NCBI GenBank assembly: GCA_036514995.1
Contig: DATBWB010000062.1
Location: forward strand, 3,550-67,549
Reading direction: 5' to 3'
Length of the DNA stretch: 64,000 nt
Origin: Candidatus Acidiferrales bacterium
GTDB lineage: Bacteria > Acidobacteriota > Terriglobia > Acidiferrales > DATBWB01
The notes beneath the pieces are model-generated. The model saw only the letters and a program-made list of their open reading frames with translations, was not told the origin of the DNA and did not search any database. Below are positions 17,392 through 26,472 of this stretch, piece after piece. Position numbers and translations under genes: made by a program. Every line of letters begins with the position of its first letter. The first letter of the stretch is position 1.

Positions 17392-18327
17392 ATGCGTGGG
17401 AAAGGTTGGATCATTGCCGTCTTCGTATTGCTGGTGCCAGTGGTTGCCGGTTATTTGCATCTTCGCCGGAGCCCTCCGCCAGCGGCCCCGGCGGCGAAAG
17501 CTGGCCCCGCCCTGGGGGAAGCGGAGTGGTTGAGGGTGGCGAGCGACGAATCTTTTGACGAGCGCTGGGCGGAAGCGCCGCTCTGGGACGATGGTCTGGC
17601 GGAAGTAGCCACTTACGCCGCCCGCCGCGTCCAGTACGGAAAGCCGCGCTCCTATGATGCGGTGCTCATTCTCGTCAAGGAAGAATTCACCGAGAAGCTG
17701 TACGTCAAAGCTGATCCGCCTTATGAGGGGAAGCCGCTTCTGCCGGTTCTGAAGCTCAACCAGATCCATGCCTATCCCACCGAAAATTATCCTTACCATT
17801 TTCTGACGAGTGTGTTCGTCCGGCGCGACCGCGCCCAACAAATGGTAAAGCTGACTGTGGGCAGCCAGGAATGGTGTGGGAATACGTTCAAGGAAGTTCG
17901 CGCCTGGGGGCCGAAAGCGGAAATAGAATTCCATTCCTACTTCGACGGCCAGGGCGATGGCGCCCAGCCACTCGATTTGCTGGCCGGTGATTTGCTCGAG
18001 GACCAATTGCCGGTGAGCCTGCGCGCGCTTAGCTTCCGCGAAGGTCTGAAGATCAGGACACGCCTTCTGCCCTCGCTTATCACTAACCGGGCGTCTCCGC
18101 TGGGATTTCAGGATGCCGAGATTGAGGTGGCGGGAACAGAAGCCGTGGCGACCCCGGCGGGAAAAATCATGTCGTGGAAAGTGATCGTACGCGTGCCCGA
18201 TGGCCAGTCAGTTTACTGGATCGAGCGGGCTCCTCCGAACGCTCTGGTCAAGTTTGTCGCCTGGGACGGGCGCGGTTGGCTCCTCAAGTCCCGCGAGCGC
18301 CGAGCCTACTGGCAAAGACCCGGCTAG
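17392..18327 (+). CDS. Hypothetical exported/membrane-anchored protein, function unknown
   Basis: 311-aa ORF with an N-terminal hydrophobic anchor WIIAVFVLLVPVVAGYL and balanced globular composition. I recognise no motif. Confidence 0.7.
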   Translation: MRGKGWIIAVFVLLVPVVAGYLHLRRSPPPAAPAAKAGPALGEAEWLRVASDESFDERWAEAPLWDDGLAEVATYAARRVQYGKPRSYDAVLILVKEEFTEKLYVKADPPYEGKPLLPVLKLNQIHAYPTENYPYHFLTSVFVRRDRAQQMVKLTVGSQEWCGNTFKEVRAWGPKAEIEFHSYFDGQGDGAQPLDLLAGDLLEDQLPVSLRALSFREGLKIRTRLLPSLITNRASPLGFQDAEIEVAGTEAVATPAGKIMSWKVIVRVPDGQSVYWIERAPPNALVKFVAWDGRGWLLKSRERRAYWQRPG

Positions 18328-18448
18328 TGCATTGGTGGCGGCGCCGGTTGCCGTTCGTTGGCAACCTGCCGTCCTTCTTCCATCCAAACTCGAACTGCCG
18401 CAGGGCGCGAGGATCAGCCGCGGCCTGCGCTACCTTGTCCTTTGTCGG

Positions 18449-18856
18449 CTAGGGTTTGCGATGGCCAGCGCCGGAGTGAGCGGAGGCCTTGCCTGAGTTT
18501 CTCGTTGTTCTTGCCGCCGAAGCGCCTGCCGAACGCGCTGGTCTGGACGCTGACGTCCGGCCTGTCGCGCTGGCGTGGACGACGACAGAACTTGTGCCGG
18601 ATTTCTTGGCCTGTCCGGGAGGTTCCGCTCCACCGCGCCAGCCGGTCTTCTTGCCCTGGCTCCAACCGGGTGGCGTTGAGCGTGGAGCGGCTGCCTTCTT
18701 ACCCGGCATTGAAACGACGACACTCACCGAAGTGGATTTGCCTCTTTGCCCGGGACCGCCCGGATCCTTCTTGTTTCCGGGTCCCTTTGCAAACAGAAAT
18801 GTGCCTGCTGACAAAGCAAAAAGCACTGTTAGCGCGGCGATGGCCCATGGACGCAT
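18449..18856 (-). CDS. Small secreted basic Gly/Pro/Lys-rich repeat protein (PPGWSQGKKTGW motif)
   Basis: Signal peptide MRPWAIAALTVLFALSAGTFLFA. Internal duplication PGQRGKSTSVSVVV / PGQAKKSGTSSVVV. Several overlapping ORFs exist in this GC-rich stretch, so the frame call is moderate. Confidence 0.5.
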   Translation of the reverse strand: MRPWAIAALTVLFALSAGTFLFAKGPGNKKDPGGPGQRGKSTSVSVVVSMPGKKAAAPRSTPPGWSQGKKTGWRGGAEPPGQAKKSGTSSVVVHASATGRTSASRPARSAGASAARTTRNSGKASAHSGAGHRKP

Positions 18857-19061
18857 GTTTTACTCCCCCCGCTGGGCATTGCGATTCTGCCTTGCGCAGC
18901 GAGCCAAGTGCAATGGTACTGGAGTACTTGTTCAGATTGTTGGGCTAGGTTTGCGGTTGTCAGCGCAGGTTGCCGGCTCTGCCAACCGGCGGTAGTTTCC
19001 GGGCAAGAAAATCGAAATCCGAGGGACCGCAGGCCGCGAAAACACCGCCACCCGCGCACCC

Positions 19062-20684
19062 TCAACTATGCTGGCGACTAAAGTATTCCTGGATCGCCTC
19101 CACCAGCGCAGGAATCGTGTAGTAATTTGCCTGGATGGCCGGACGGCAACCGAAGCGGCGAATGTTGCGGCTGGTGATGGGGCCGATGGAGGCAATTTTC
19201 ACGCCGGCGAGAATCTTCTTGAGTGACCTCACGTCCAAAAGGGCAGCAAAATTCTCGACGGTCGATGAGCTTGTGAAAGTAATCATGTCCGGCCGTGAGT
19301 GAGAAAAGATTTCATGTGCCAGCTTTTTGTTTTCTCTCGGAATGACGGCGCGGTAGGCTTCGACGACATCTACCGTCGCGCCGAGCCGGCCGAGCTCCCT
19401 GGGAACCACATCCCGGGCGACGCGCGCTCGGGGCAATAGAATCTTTTTGCCGCGAAGATCATATCTTTTGAGCGCCTGAACGATACCTTCGGCGCGATAC
19501 TCGTTGGGGACGATATCGGCTCGCAGGTGATATCCGGCCAGTTCCTTGGCCGTGGCGGGTCCGATGGCGCAGAGACGGGCGGAACCCATGGCTCGCACAT
19601 CCTTTTGCGCCGCCGCAATCCGCTCAAAAAATTTTCGCACCCCGTTCGCGCTCGTAAAGAGAACCCAGTCGTATTGATCAAGCCGGCGGATGGCGCGGTC
19701 GAGGTCCCGCCAACTGCGGGGACGGGCGATGGCGATCGTCGGCAGTTCGATGACCTGAGCACCAAGTTCTTCCAGAGCGCGACGAAGCGCGCTTGCTTGG
19801 TGGCGGGCGCGGGTGATGACGATGCGCCGGCCGAAAAGCGCTTTCTTCTCGAACCAGCCGAGCTTCTCGCGCAGCGCGACGACGTCGCCCACCACGGTCA
19901 AGGCCGGGGGCTCGAGGCCTGCTTCTTCGACGCGAGCGGCGATGTCGGTCAGCGTCCCGGTAACCACCTGCTGGTCCGGCCGCGTCCCCCATCGGATCAC
20001 CGCCACTGGCGTGCGCGACGGCCGGCCGTGAGTGATTAGCTTGCTGGCGATGACGGGAAGATTTCGCAGGCCCATAAAGAACACAAGCGTGTCTACCCCG
20101 GTGGCGAGCTCGGCCCAGTGGAGCGAAGACACCGCTCCGCCCAAGTCGGCCTGGGGTGAACGCTCACCGTCAACGGATGCGCCCCGCCGCGCGTCCACAA
20201 CCAAGCCTCGGGCGCCTTTCTCGGGGTCTTCGTGTCCGGTGATAAAAGCAACGGAGGACGCAACGGCGCGATGCGTTACCGGGATGCCAGCGTAGGCAGG
20301 AGCGGCATAGCCGGAACTGACTCCCGGGATGATCTCAAAGGGAACCGCCGCCGCAGCCAGCGCCTCAGCCTCCTCGCCGCCACGACCAAAAATGAAGGGA
20401 TCGCCGCCCTTGAGCCGGACGACAATCTTGCCGCGCTTTGCCTCGTTTGCGAGCAGACGATTGATCCTGTCCTGCGAAAGGGCATGCGCGCCAGCCTGTT
20501 TGCCCGCGTAAATGCGCTTCGCTTTTGGGGGAGCCAGAGCGAGCAGCTCTGGATTGGCAAGGTGGTCGAAGACAACAACGCCGGCGCGTTCGAGGATTTC
20601 GCGGGCACGCAGGGTCAGCAGCCCGGGATCGCCCGGCCCAGCGCCGACGAGATAGACCTTTCCGACGGAAGACTGCTTGGGCAT
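19062..20684 (-). CDS. cobA-hemD: Fused uroporphyrinogen-III C-methyltransferase / uroporphyrinogen-III synthase
   Basis: SUMT motifs VGAGPGDPGLLTL and GGDPFIFGRGGEE, followed by a HemD-like C-terminal half. Trimmed to the ATG at 20684; the 666-aa ORF extension overlaps hemC. Confidence 0.88.
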   Translation of the reverse strand: MPKQSSVGKVYLVGAGPGDPGLLTLRAREILERAGVVVFDHLANPELLALAPPKAKRIYAGKQAGAHALSQDRINRLLANEAKRGKIVVRLKGGDPFIFGRGGEEAEALAAAAVPFEIIPGVSSGYAAPAYAGIPVTHRAVASSVAFITGHEDPEKGARGLVVDARRGASVDGERSPQADLGGAVSSLHWAELATGVDTLVFFMGLRNLPVIASKLITHGRPSRTPVAVIRWGTRPDQQVVTGTLTDIAARVEEAGLEPPALTVVGDVVALREKLGWFEKKALFGRRIVITRARHQASALRRALEELGAQVIELPTIAIARPRSWRDLDRAIRRLDQYDWVLFTSANGVRKFFERIAAAQKDVRAMGSARLCAIGPATAKELAGYHLRADIVPNEYRAEGIVQALKRYDLRGKKILLPRARVARDVVPRELGRLGATVDVVEAYRAVIPRENKKLAHEIFSHSRPDMITFTSSSTVENFAALLDVRSLKKILAGVKIASIGPITSRNIRRFGCRPAIQANYYTIPALVEAIQEYFSRQHS

Positions 20685-20691
20685 GAGGTCG

Positions 20692-21645
20692 CTATCCGGC
20701 ACCCGGTGGCGCAAGGGCTGAGTGCGAGTAAATCTCCGCCAAAATTTTGCCGGCGCCGCGCTCGAGAAGCTCCTCCGCCAGATGTTGGCCGATCTCCTCA
20801 GCGCTGCCCACCGGGCCAGACCTTGTCCCGCGCACCACGCAAGCCCCGTCCGGCGACGCGACCAGGGCAACCAGTCGCAAGGTATCGCTCTGGATGGCAG
20901 CGTTGGCGGCAATCGGCACCTGGCAACCGCCACCGAGCCTTCGGAGAAGGGAACGCTCGGCGAGCGTTGCCAGACGCGTCGAGAGGTGATCGAGGCAAGC
21001 AATGAACTGCCCTGTCCGCGTGTCTTGGTGGCGGATTTCGATGGCCAGCGCACCCTGGCCAACTGCCGGGATCATGCGCTCGGGGGAAAAGAACTCGGTG
21101 ACGCGCGATTCAAGCCCCAGCCGCTTCAATCCCGCCGCGGCCAGCACGATGGCCTCGAACTGTCCTTCATCCAATTTCCGCAGGCGCGTGTCGAGATTGC
21201 CACGCAAGGGCCTAATTTCCAGGTCCGGGCGAAGAAGGCGCAACTGGCATGTCCGCCGAAGGCTGCTGGTGCCGACCCTGCCGCCCGGCAAATCCTTCAG
21301 CGTGGCGCCGGAACGAGAAATCCACGCATCGCGTGGATCTTCGCGCTCACTCACGGCGGCGATCACGAGCCCGGCGGGCAATTCGGTGGGCACATCTTTC
21401 ATACTGTGTACAGCCAGGTCCACGCGATGGGCGAGGAGGGCCTCTTCAATTTCCTTGGTGAAGAGCGCTTTGCTGCCGCCCATCTGACCAAGAGGAACGT
21501 CGGTGATTTTGTCACCCGTCGTTTGGATCACCGCGATGCGGGCAGAGATGCTGTGTTGCTCTTCGAGCCTCGCCCTGGCCCAACCGGCTTGCCAGAGGGC
21601 GAGAGCACTGCCGCGGGAGCCGATCACAAGAGTATCGGGAGACAA
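20692..21645 (-). CDS. hemC: Hydroxymethylbilane synthase (porphobilinogen deaminase)
   Basis: IGSRGSALALWQA and HSMKDVP motifs, 317 aa, located between hemA and cobA-hemD. Confidence 0.93.
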   Translation of the reverse strand: MSPDTLVIGSRGSALALWQAGWARARLEEQHSISARIAVIQTTGDKITDVPLGQMGGSKALFTKEIEEALLAHRVDLAVHSMKDVPTELPAGLVIAAVSEREDPRDAWISRSGATLKDLPGGRVGTSSLRRTCQLRLLRPDLEIRPLRGNLDTRLRKLDEGQFEAIVLAAAGLKRLGLESRVTEFFSPERMIPAVGQGALAIEIRHQDTRTGQFIACLDHLSTRLATLAERSLLRRLGGGCQVPIAANAAIQSDTLRLVALVASPDGACVVRGTRSGPVGSAEEIGQHLAEELLERGAGKILAEIYSHSALAPPGAG

Positions 21646-21649
21646 AGCG

Positions 21650-22915
21650 TTAATCCTTCAGGTTAAAAACCTTTTTCACAAATTCGACCAGCCGCAACCC
21701 ATCCGGCTGCCTGGCGACTGATTTCAGTTGCTGGATGGGCGAATGCAAAATCTTGTTGACCATGCTGCGAGTCACAAAATCCACCGCCTGCTCCTGTTCG
21801 GGGGTGAGTGGACCGAGCTTGGACCGGGCGCGTTCCAGCTCCTCGGCGCGCACTTCCTCCAGCCGCTGCTGCAAGGAAACAATCGTCGGCACCACGTCCA
21901 GAGCTTTGAGCCGGTGGATCAGCTTTTCCGCTTCTCGACTGACGATCTCTTCCGCAATCTGGGCCTCGCGGGCTCGCTCTTTCCGGTTTGCCTCGACGAC
22001 CTGCTCGAGGTCGTCAATGTCGTAAAGGAAGATGTTGTCGAGCTGATTGATTTCGGGGTCGATGTCGCGCGGCACGGCAATGTCCACGAAAAACATGGGC
22101 CGATTCTTGCGCCGAGCGAGGAACTTCTGAGCGTCGGATTTCCGAATGATGTGGTGCGGGGCGCCTGTCGAGCTGATGATGATATCGGATTGCTCGATGT
22201 AGTCGGGCAGGTTTTCAAAGCGAATGGCCTTGCCGCCGAAGATCTGCGCCAGCTCGTGCGCCCGCTCGTGCGTCCGGTTGGCAACAAAAACGGTGGAAGC
22301 CCCCGAGCTGAGCAAATGCTTGGCCGCCAACTCGCTCATCTTGCCAGCGCCAATGACCAGAACCGTTTTGCCTTCCAATCGGCCAAAAATCTTCTTGGCC
22401 AGTTCGACGGCCGCGTAGCTGATGGAGACAGCCGCCGTACCGATCGCGGTTTCCGTGCGAACTCGCTTGGCGACGTGAAAAGCCCCGGTCAAAAGCTCCT
22501 CGAGCAAGGCGCCGACCGTTCCCGCTGTCTTGGCCATGGTAAAGGCGGCTTTGACCTGGCCGAGGATCTGCGGTTCGCCGAGAACCATCGAATCCAGGCT
22601 CGCGGCCACGCGGAAAATGTGGCGGATGGCGTCACGCTGCCGGTGCCGGTAGAGATGCTGTTCGAGATTGATCAGGGGAAAAGAGCGGTTTTCGGAGAGA
22701 AATCGCGCCAGGGCCGCGGCGACATCGCAGCCGTCTGCACCACTGGCCAGAAGCTCCACCCGATTGCAGGTGGAAAAGATGATCGCTTCCGTGATCCCAT
22801 CCAAGGCACGCACTTGCTCGAGAGCCGACGGTAGTTCCTTTTCGGAAAAGCAAAGCTGTTCCCGAATTTCTACCGGAGCAGTCCGATGATTGAGACCCAC
22901 GAGAGCGAGGTTCAT
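21650..22915 (-). CDS. hemA: Glutamyl-tRNA reductase
   Basis: GLNHRTAPVEIRE and the catalytic STCNRVE motif, plus an NADPH-binding VIGAGKMSE. Confidence 0.95.
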   Translation of the reverse strand: MNLALVGLNHRTAPVEIREQLCFSEKELPSALEQVRALDGITEAIIFSTCNRVELLASGADGCDVAAALARFLSENRSFPLINLEQHLYRHRQRDAIRHIFRVAASLDSMVLGEPQILGQVKAAFTMAKTAGTVGALLEELLTGAFHVAKRVRTETAIGTAAVSISYAAVELAKKIFGRLEGKTVLVIGAGKMSELAAKHLLSSGASTVFVANRTHERAHELAQIFGGKAIRFENLPDYIEQSDIIISSTGAPHHIIRKSDAQKFLARRKNRPMFFVDIAVPRDIDPEINQLDNIFLYDIDDLEQVVEANRKERAREAQIAEEIVSREAEKLIHRLKALDVVPTIVSLQQRLEEVRAEELERARSKLGPLTPEQEQAVDFVTRSMVNKILHSPIQQLKSVARQPDGLRLVEFVKKVFNLKD

Positions 22916-22948
22916 CGTTGATTCCGCTCCCCGACCTGTCGGGCAAGC

Positions 22949-23812
22949 CTATCGCGGGGGAATGAACGAATGATGAGCACTCAAATAGTTACCCGCCCAG
23001 CTTGCCAGCGCCGCGACCAAGCCCACCATGGCAAAGTACGCTGCCTTGCGGCCGCGCCAACCGGCGGCTACCCGCGAATAAACCAGCATGACGTAGATGA
23101 ACCAGAGAAGGAATGAGAGCAACACCTTGGCGTCTCGCATCCAGCTCGGACCCCATGTGGAAGAGGCGCCGAGCGCGCCGAGAATGATCGCCACGGTCAA
23201 GAACGGGAAGCCGACGGCCAGGGTCCGCGAAGCGATCCGGTCAATATCCTCAAGCGGCGGCAGCCGATAGTAGAACGTTCGCGGACGGTGGCGCTTTAGC
23301 TCGCGTTCCTGGATCAGATACATGATGCCAGCAAGAAAACTGATAACGAGAGCGGTGTAACCCACCAGGGCAAACGAGATATGAACAGGGACCCAAGTGG
23401 CGCGCAAGAGCGGGGAAGCGATGGGCCCGAGTGCCGGCTGGCTGGTGGCGGCGGCCAGCGTCATCACGAATACGATGGGGAAGACAAGAACGCTGAGCGA
23501 GTTGACGCCCGTCAGGGCATAGACGAGCAGAAACCCGGCAGTGATGATGAACGCGAACAGGGAAGTGGCCTCGGCGACCGTCGTCACCGGCCACCGATGG
23601 GTCAGGAAAGCGTGCTCGACGAGCGAAACCAGATGAAACACAAAGCCCAGCGAGAAAGCAAGCAAAGCCACGCGGAAAATGACTTGTCTTCGAGTGACGA
23701 CGGTAATGATGGAGTGAACCAAACCCAGGGAATAGAGAAATAACGCGACCCAGAGCCAGAAGGAACTCAATTTCGCTCTCCTGCGCGGCGCAACAAACGA
23801 AAAGTATAGCAT
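22949..23812 (-). CDS. Cytochrome c assembly family membrane protein (CcsA/HemX-like) upstream of hemA
   Basis: 287-aa polytopic membrane protein with a Trp-rich C-terminal region (WGPSWMRDAKVLLSFLLWFIY). The position 5' of hemA matches HemX-type genes. Confidence 0.7.
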   Translation of the reverse strand: MLYFSFVAPRRRAKLSSFWLWVALFLYSLGLVHSIITVVTRRQVIFRVALLAFSLGFVFHLVSLVEHAFLTHRWPVTTVAEATSLFAFIITAGFLLVYALTGVNSLSVLVFPIVFVMTLAAATSQPALGPIASPLLRATWVPVHISFALVGYTALVISFLAGIMYLIQERELKRHRPRTFYYRLPPLEDIDRIASRTLAVGFPFLTVAIILGALGASSTWGPSWMRDAKVLLSFLLWFIYVMLVYSRVAAGWRGRKAAYFAMVGLVAALASWAGNYLSAHHSFIPPR

Positions 23813-24034
23813 CGGGCTCCACTCTCAACAAGTTAGGCGCAAGGTGTGGGCTTGCGAAGATGCGCGATTTTCTTCGCACAGCACTGTTAGCGGCCACCCG
23901 GCGGGATCAGGGGAAGACGCCAAATGCCTGTTGCAGGTTGAACAACATTTCCATCCATTTCCACCAAGTGGCCTTTGCAAGGACCTTGTGCTAATATTCG
24001 CCGTTGACGTAAGCGTGCGTTCATCACTGATTAC

Positions 24035-25195
24035 ATGGATTTTTCTCTCACCGAAGATCAAAAACTGGTGCGCGATACTGTGCGCCAGTTCATGGAAACC
24101 GAGCTTCGCCCTCTCCTTCGACAACTGGAACGTGACGAACAATTTCCTGCCGAGCAGATTCGCAAGCTTGGCGAAATGGGATTTCTCGGCATGCTCGTTC
24201 CGGAAGAGTACGGCGGGAGCGGGAGCGATTCGCTGAGCTACGCCATTGCGCTGGAGGAGATGGCGCGCGTTTGCGCGACAACGGCGGTTACGGTGAGCGT
24301 GAACACCTCGGTTGTGTGCATGCCGATCTTTCGCCATGGCACGGAAGCGCAGAAGAAGAAATACCTGGTGCCCTGCGCCCGGGGCGAGATGCTGGGCGCC
24401 TTCTGCTTGACCGAACCGCAGGCCGGCTCCGATTCAGCGGGTATTCAAACTCGCGCGGAGCGGCGCGGGGATGACTACTTCCTGAACGGAACAAAGAGCT
24501 GGGTAACGAACGGCGGGGTGAGCGGCGTTTATCTCATCATGGCGGTTAGCGGACCCGGCCAAGGCGCTCGCGGCGTCAGCGCTTTTCTGGTGGAGCCTAA
24601 CTTTCCCGGTTTCCGCATCGCCCGGTACGAAGACAAAATGGGCTTGCGCATGTCTCACTCGGCTGAAATTCTTCTGGCTGATTGCCAGGTTCCGGTTGAA
24701 AATCGTCTTGGTGACGAAGGCCAGGGACTGAAGATCGCGCTGGAGGCGCTCGATGGAGGCCGCGTAGGAATCGCGGCGCAGTGCGTGGGCATCGCTCAAG
24801 GAGCGTTTGAAGAAGCGGTGAAACATGCCCGCCAGCGAAAAGCGTTCGGCAAAAACATTGCCGAGTTCCAGGCGATTCAATGGATGCTGGCGGACATGGA
24901 GACGGAAATTCAGGCGGCGCGCATGCTGACCTACCAGGCGGCCCACGTGCGCGACCTCGGCGGGGGGCGACTCGGGGCTTACGCTTCGCGAGCAAAGCTT
25001 TATGCTTCCGAGATGGCGAACCGTGTCGCGGCCAAGGCTGTACAGATTCTGGGTAGTTCCGGATATTCGCGTGATTCAGACGTGGAACGAATGTACCGCG
25101 ATGCCCGCGTCACCACGATTTACGAAGGCACCAGCGAAGTGCAGCGGATGATCATTGCCCGCGACCTTCTGGCTGCGAGCGGGAGCGGGGTCTAG
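24035..25195 (+). CDS. Acyl-CoA dehydrogenase (short/medium-chain type)
   Basis: AFCLTEPQAGSD and the C-terminal YEGTSEVQRMIIAR motifs, 386 aa. Confidence 0.92.
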   Translation: MDFSLTEDQKLVRDTVRQFMETELRPLLRQLERDEQFPAEQIRKLGEMGFLGMLVPEEYGGSGSDSLSYAIALEEMARVCATTAVTVSVNTSVVCMPIFRHGTEAQKKKYLVPCARGEMLGAFCLTEPQAGSDSAGIQTRAERRGDDYFLNGTKSWVTNGGVSGVYLIMAVSGPGQGARGVSAFLVEPNFPGFRIARYEDKMGLRMSHSAEILLADCQVPVENRLGDEGQGLKIALEALDGGRVGIAAQCVGIAQGAFEEAVKHARQRKAFGKNIAEFQAIQWMLADMETEIQAARMLTYQAAHVRDLGGGRLGAYASRAKLYASEMANRVAAKAVQILGSSGYSRDSDVERMYRDARVTTIYEGTSEVQRMIIARDLLAASGSGV

Positions 25196-25201
25196 CCAAT
25201 C

Positions 25202-26467
25202 ATGGCTCGCAAAAAGCGAGTGTTGAGTGGAATGCGCCCGACGGGGAAATTGCACCTCGGCAACCTTGTTGGGGCGCTGGAGAATTGGGTCAAGCTGCAG
25301 GACCAGTATGAATGCTACTACTTCATTGCCGACTGGCATGCGCTGACGACGGATTACGACGACACGTCGGAGGTAGCCCAGAACCGCCTTGAGGTGGCCA
25401 CGGACTGGTTGGCAGCAGGCCTTGACCCGGCGCGCTCCGTACTCTTTGTACAGTCAGAAGTGCCCGAACATGCCGAGCTGCACCTGCTCCTTTCCATGGT
25501 GACCCCGCTTAGCTGGCTCGAGCGAGTGCCGACTTACAAAGAGCAGATCGAACAGATGAAGGAGAAAGATCTCGGGATGTACGGGTTTTTGGGCTACCCG
25601 CTGCTGCAAGCGGCTGACATCGTGATCTACGGGGCGAATTATGTGCCCGTCGGAGAAGATCAAGTTCCTCATGTTGAGCTCGCCCGGGAAATTGTGCGGC
25701 GTTTCAACGGCTTCTTCCCGGTGGTCACCGAAGGGGCGTGGCGGGCGGGAAAGCGCAGACAACTGCTTCGTATCGTGGAACTGGCAAATGCCGGGCAGGC
25801 TTTGAACCTTCGCGCCCTCGGCAAGGCAGAGATCAGCGGCGAAGATCGCACGATGATTCGCTCGGAAATTGTCAAATGGTTTCGCGGATTTGAGCCGGGC
25901 CATTGGCAGGAAGTCTTTCAACGGGAGAAGATTGATGGGCGAATGTTTTCGGTGTTGGTGGAGCCGGAAGCCTTGCTTACCCGGTCGCCACGGCTGCCCG
26001 GAACCGATGGCCGAAAAATGAGCAAGAGTTATAACAACGCGATCTTCATCGGCGAAGACGAGGGCTCCATTCGGGAAAAGATACGGACCATGGTGACGGA
26101 CCCGGCGCGGGTTCGTCGCACCGACCCGGGCAATCCGGATGTTTGCCCGGTGTTCTATGGATTTCACAAGCTCTATTCGCCGCCCGACACGATTGCGCAA
26201 ATCGACCGCGAGTGCCGTTCGGCCGCTATCGGTTGTATCGATTGCAAGAAAATAATGGCGGACAATTTGCTCAGAAATTTGGAGCCGATCCGCGAGCGGC
26301 GGAGCAACTACGAGCAGCGGCCCGACGATGTCCGGGCCATTCTGGTCGAGGGCTCCAAGCGAGCACGACGAGTGGCGAGAAAGACGATGGAGCATGTCCG
26401 GGAGGCCATGAAGCTGGTCTTTCGCCAGGAGCCAGCAAGAAAGTCATCCGTTGCTCCCGGGGATTGA
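25202..26467 (+). CDS. trpS: Tryptophan--tRNA ligase, unusually long (421 aa), with an internal insertion and a Cys4 motif
   Basis: HIGH-type TGKLHLGN, GYPLLQAADI, VGEDQ and KMSKS. Also an extra segment of about 75 aa between RRFN and the KMSKS loop, and C315-x22-C338-x6-C345-x2-C348. Confidence 0.9.
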   Translation: MARKKRVLSGMRPTGKLHLGNLVGALENWVKLQDQYECYYFIADWHALTTDYDDTSEVAQNRLEVATDWLAAGLDPARSVLFVQSEVPEHAELHLLLSMVTPLSWLERVPTYKEQIEQMKEKDLGMYGFLGYPLLQAADIVIYGANYVPVGEDQVPHVELAREIVRRFNGFFPVVTEGAWRAGKRRQLLRIVELANAGQALNLRALGKAEISGEDRTMIRSEIVKWFRGFEPGHWQEVFQREKIDGRMFSVLVEPEALLTRSPRLPGTDGRKMSKSYNNAIFIGEDEGSIREKIRTMVTDPARVRRTDPGNPDVCPVFYGFHKLYSPPDTIAQIDRECRSAAIGCIDCKKIMADNLLRNLEPIRERRSNYEQRPDDVRAILVEGSKRARRVARKTMEHVREAMKLVFRQEPARKSSVAPGD

Positions 26468-26472
26468 GGCAC

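Noticed and set aside
19062-21062. 666-aa version of the cobA-hemD ORF, and similar N-terminal over-extensions (2459..4105, 26143..27258, 33086..34969, 59263..60621, 60566..62857, 51766..54288)
   Set aside because: The extensions overlap the preceding gene or lie in non-coding spacer, lack homology-like sequence, and internal start codons restore canonical N-termini or signal peptides. The coordinates were trimmed accordingly.
23964-23974. CAAGG-A-CCTTG palindrome upstream of the acyl-CoA dehydrogenase gene as a possible repressor operator
   Set aside because: It has only 5+5 bp, there is no adjacent regulator gene, and chance occurrence is plausible.
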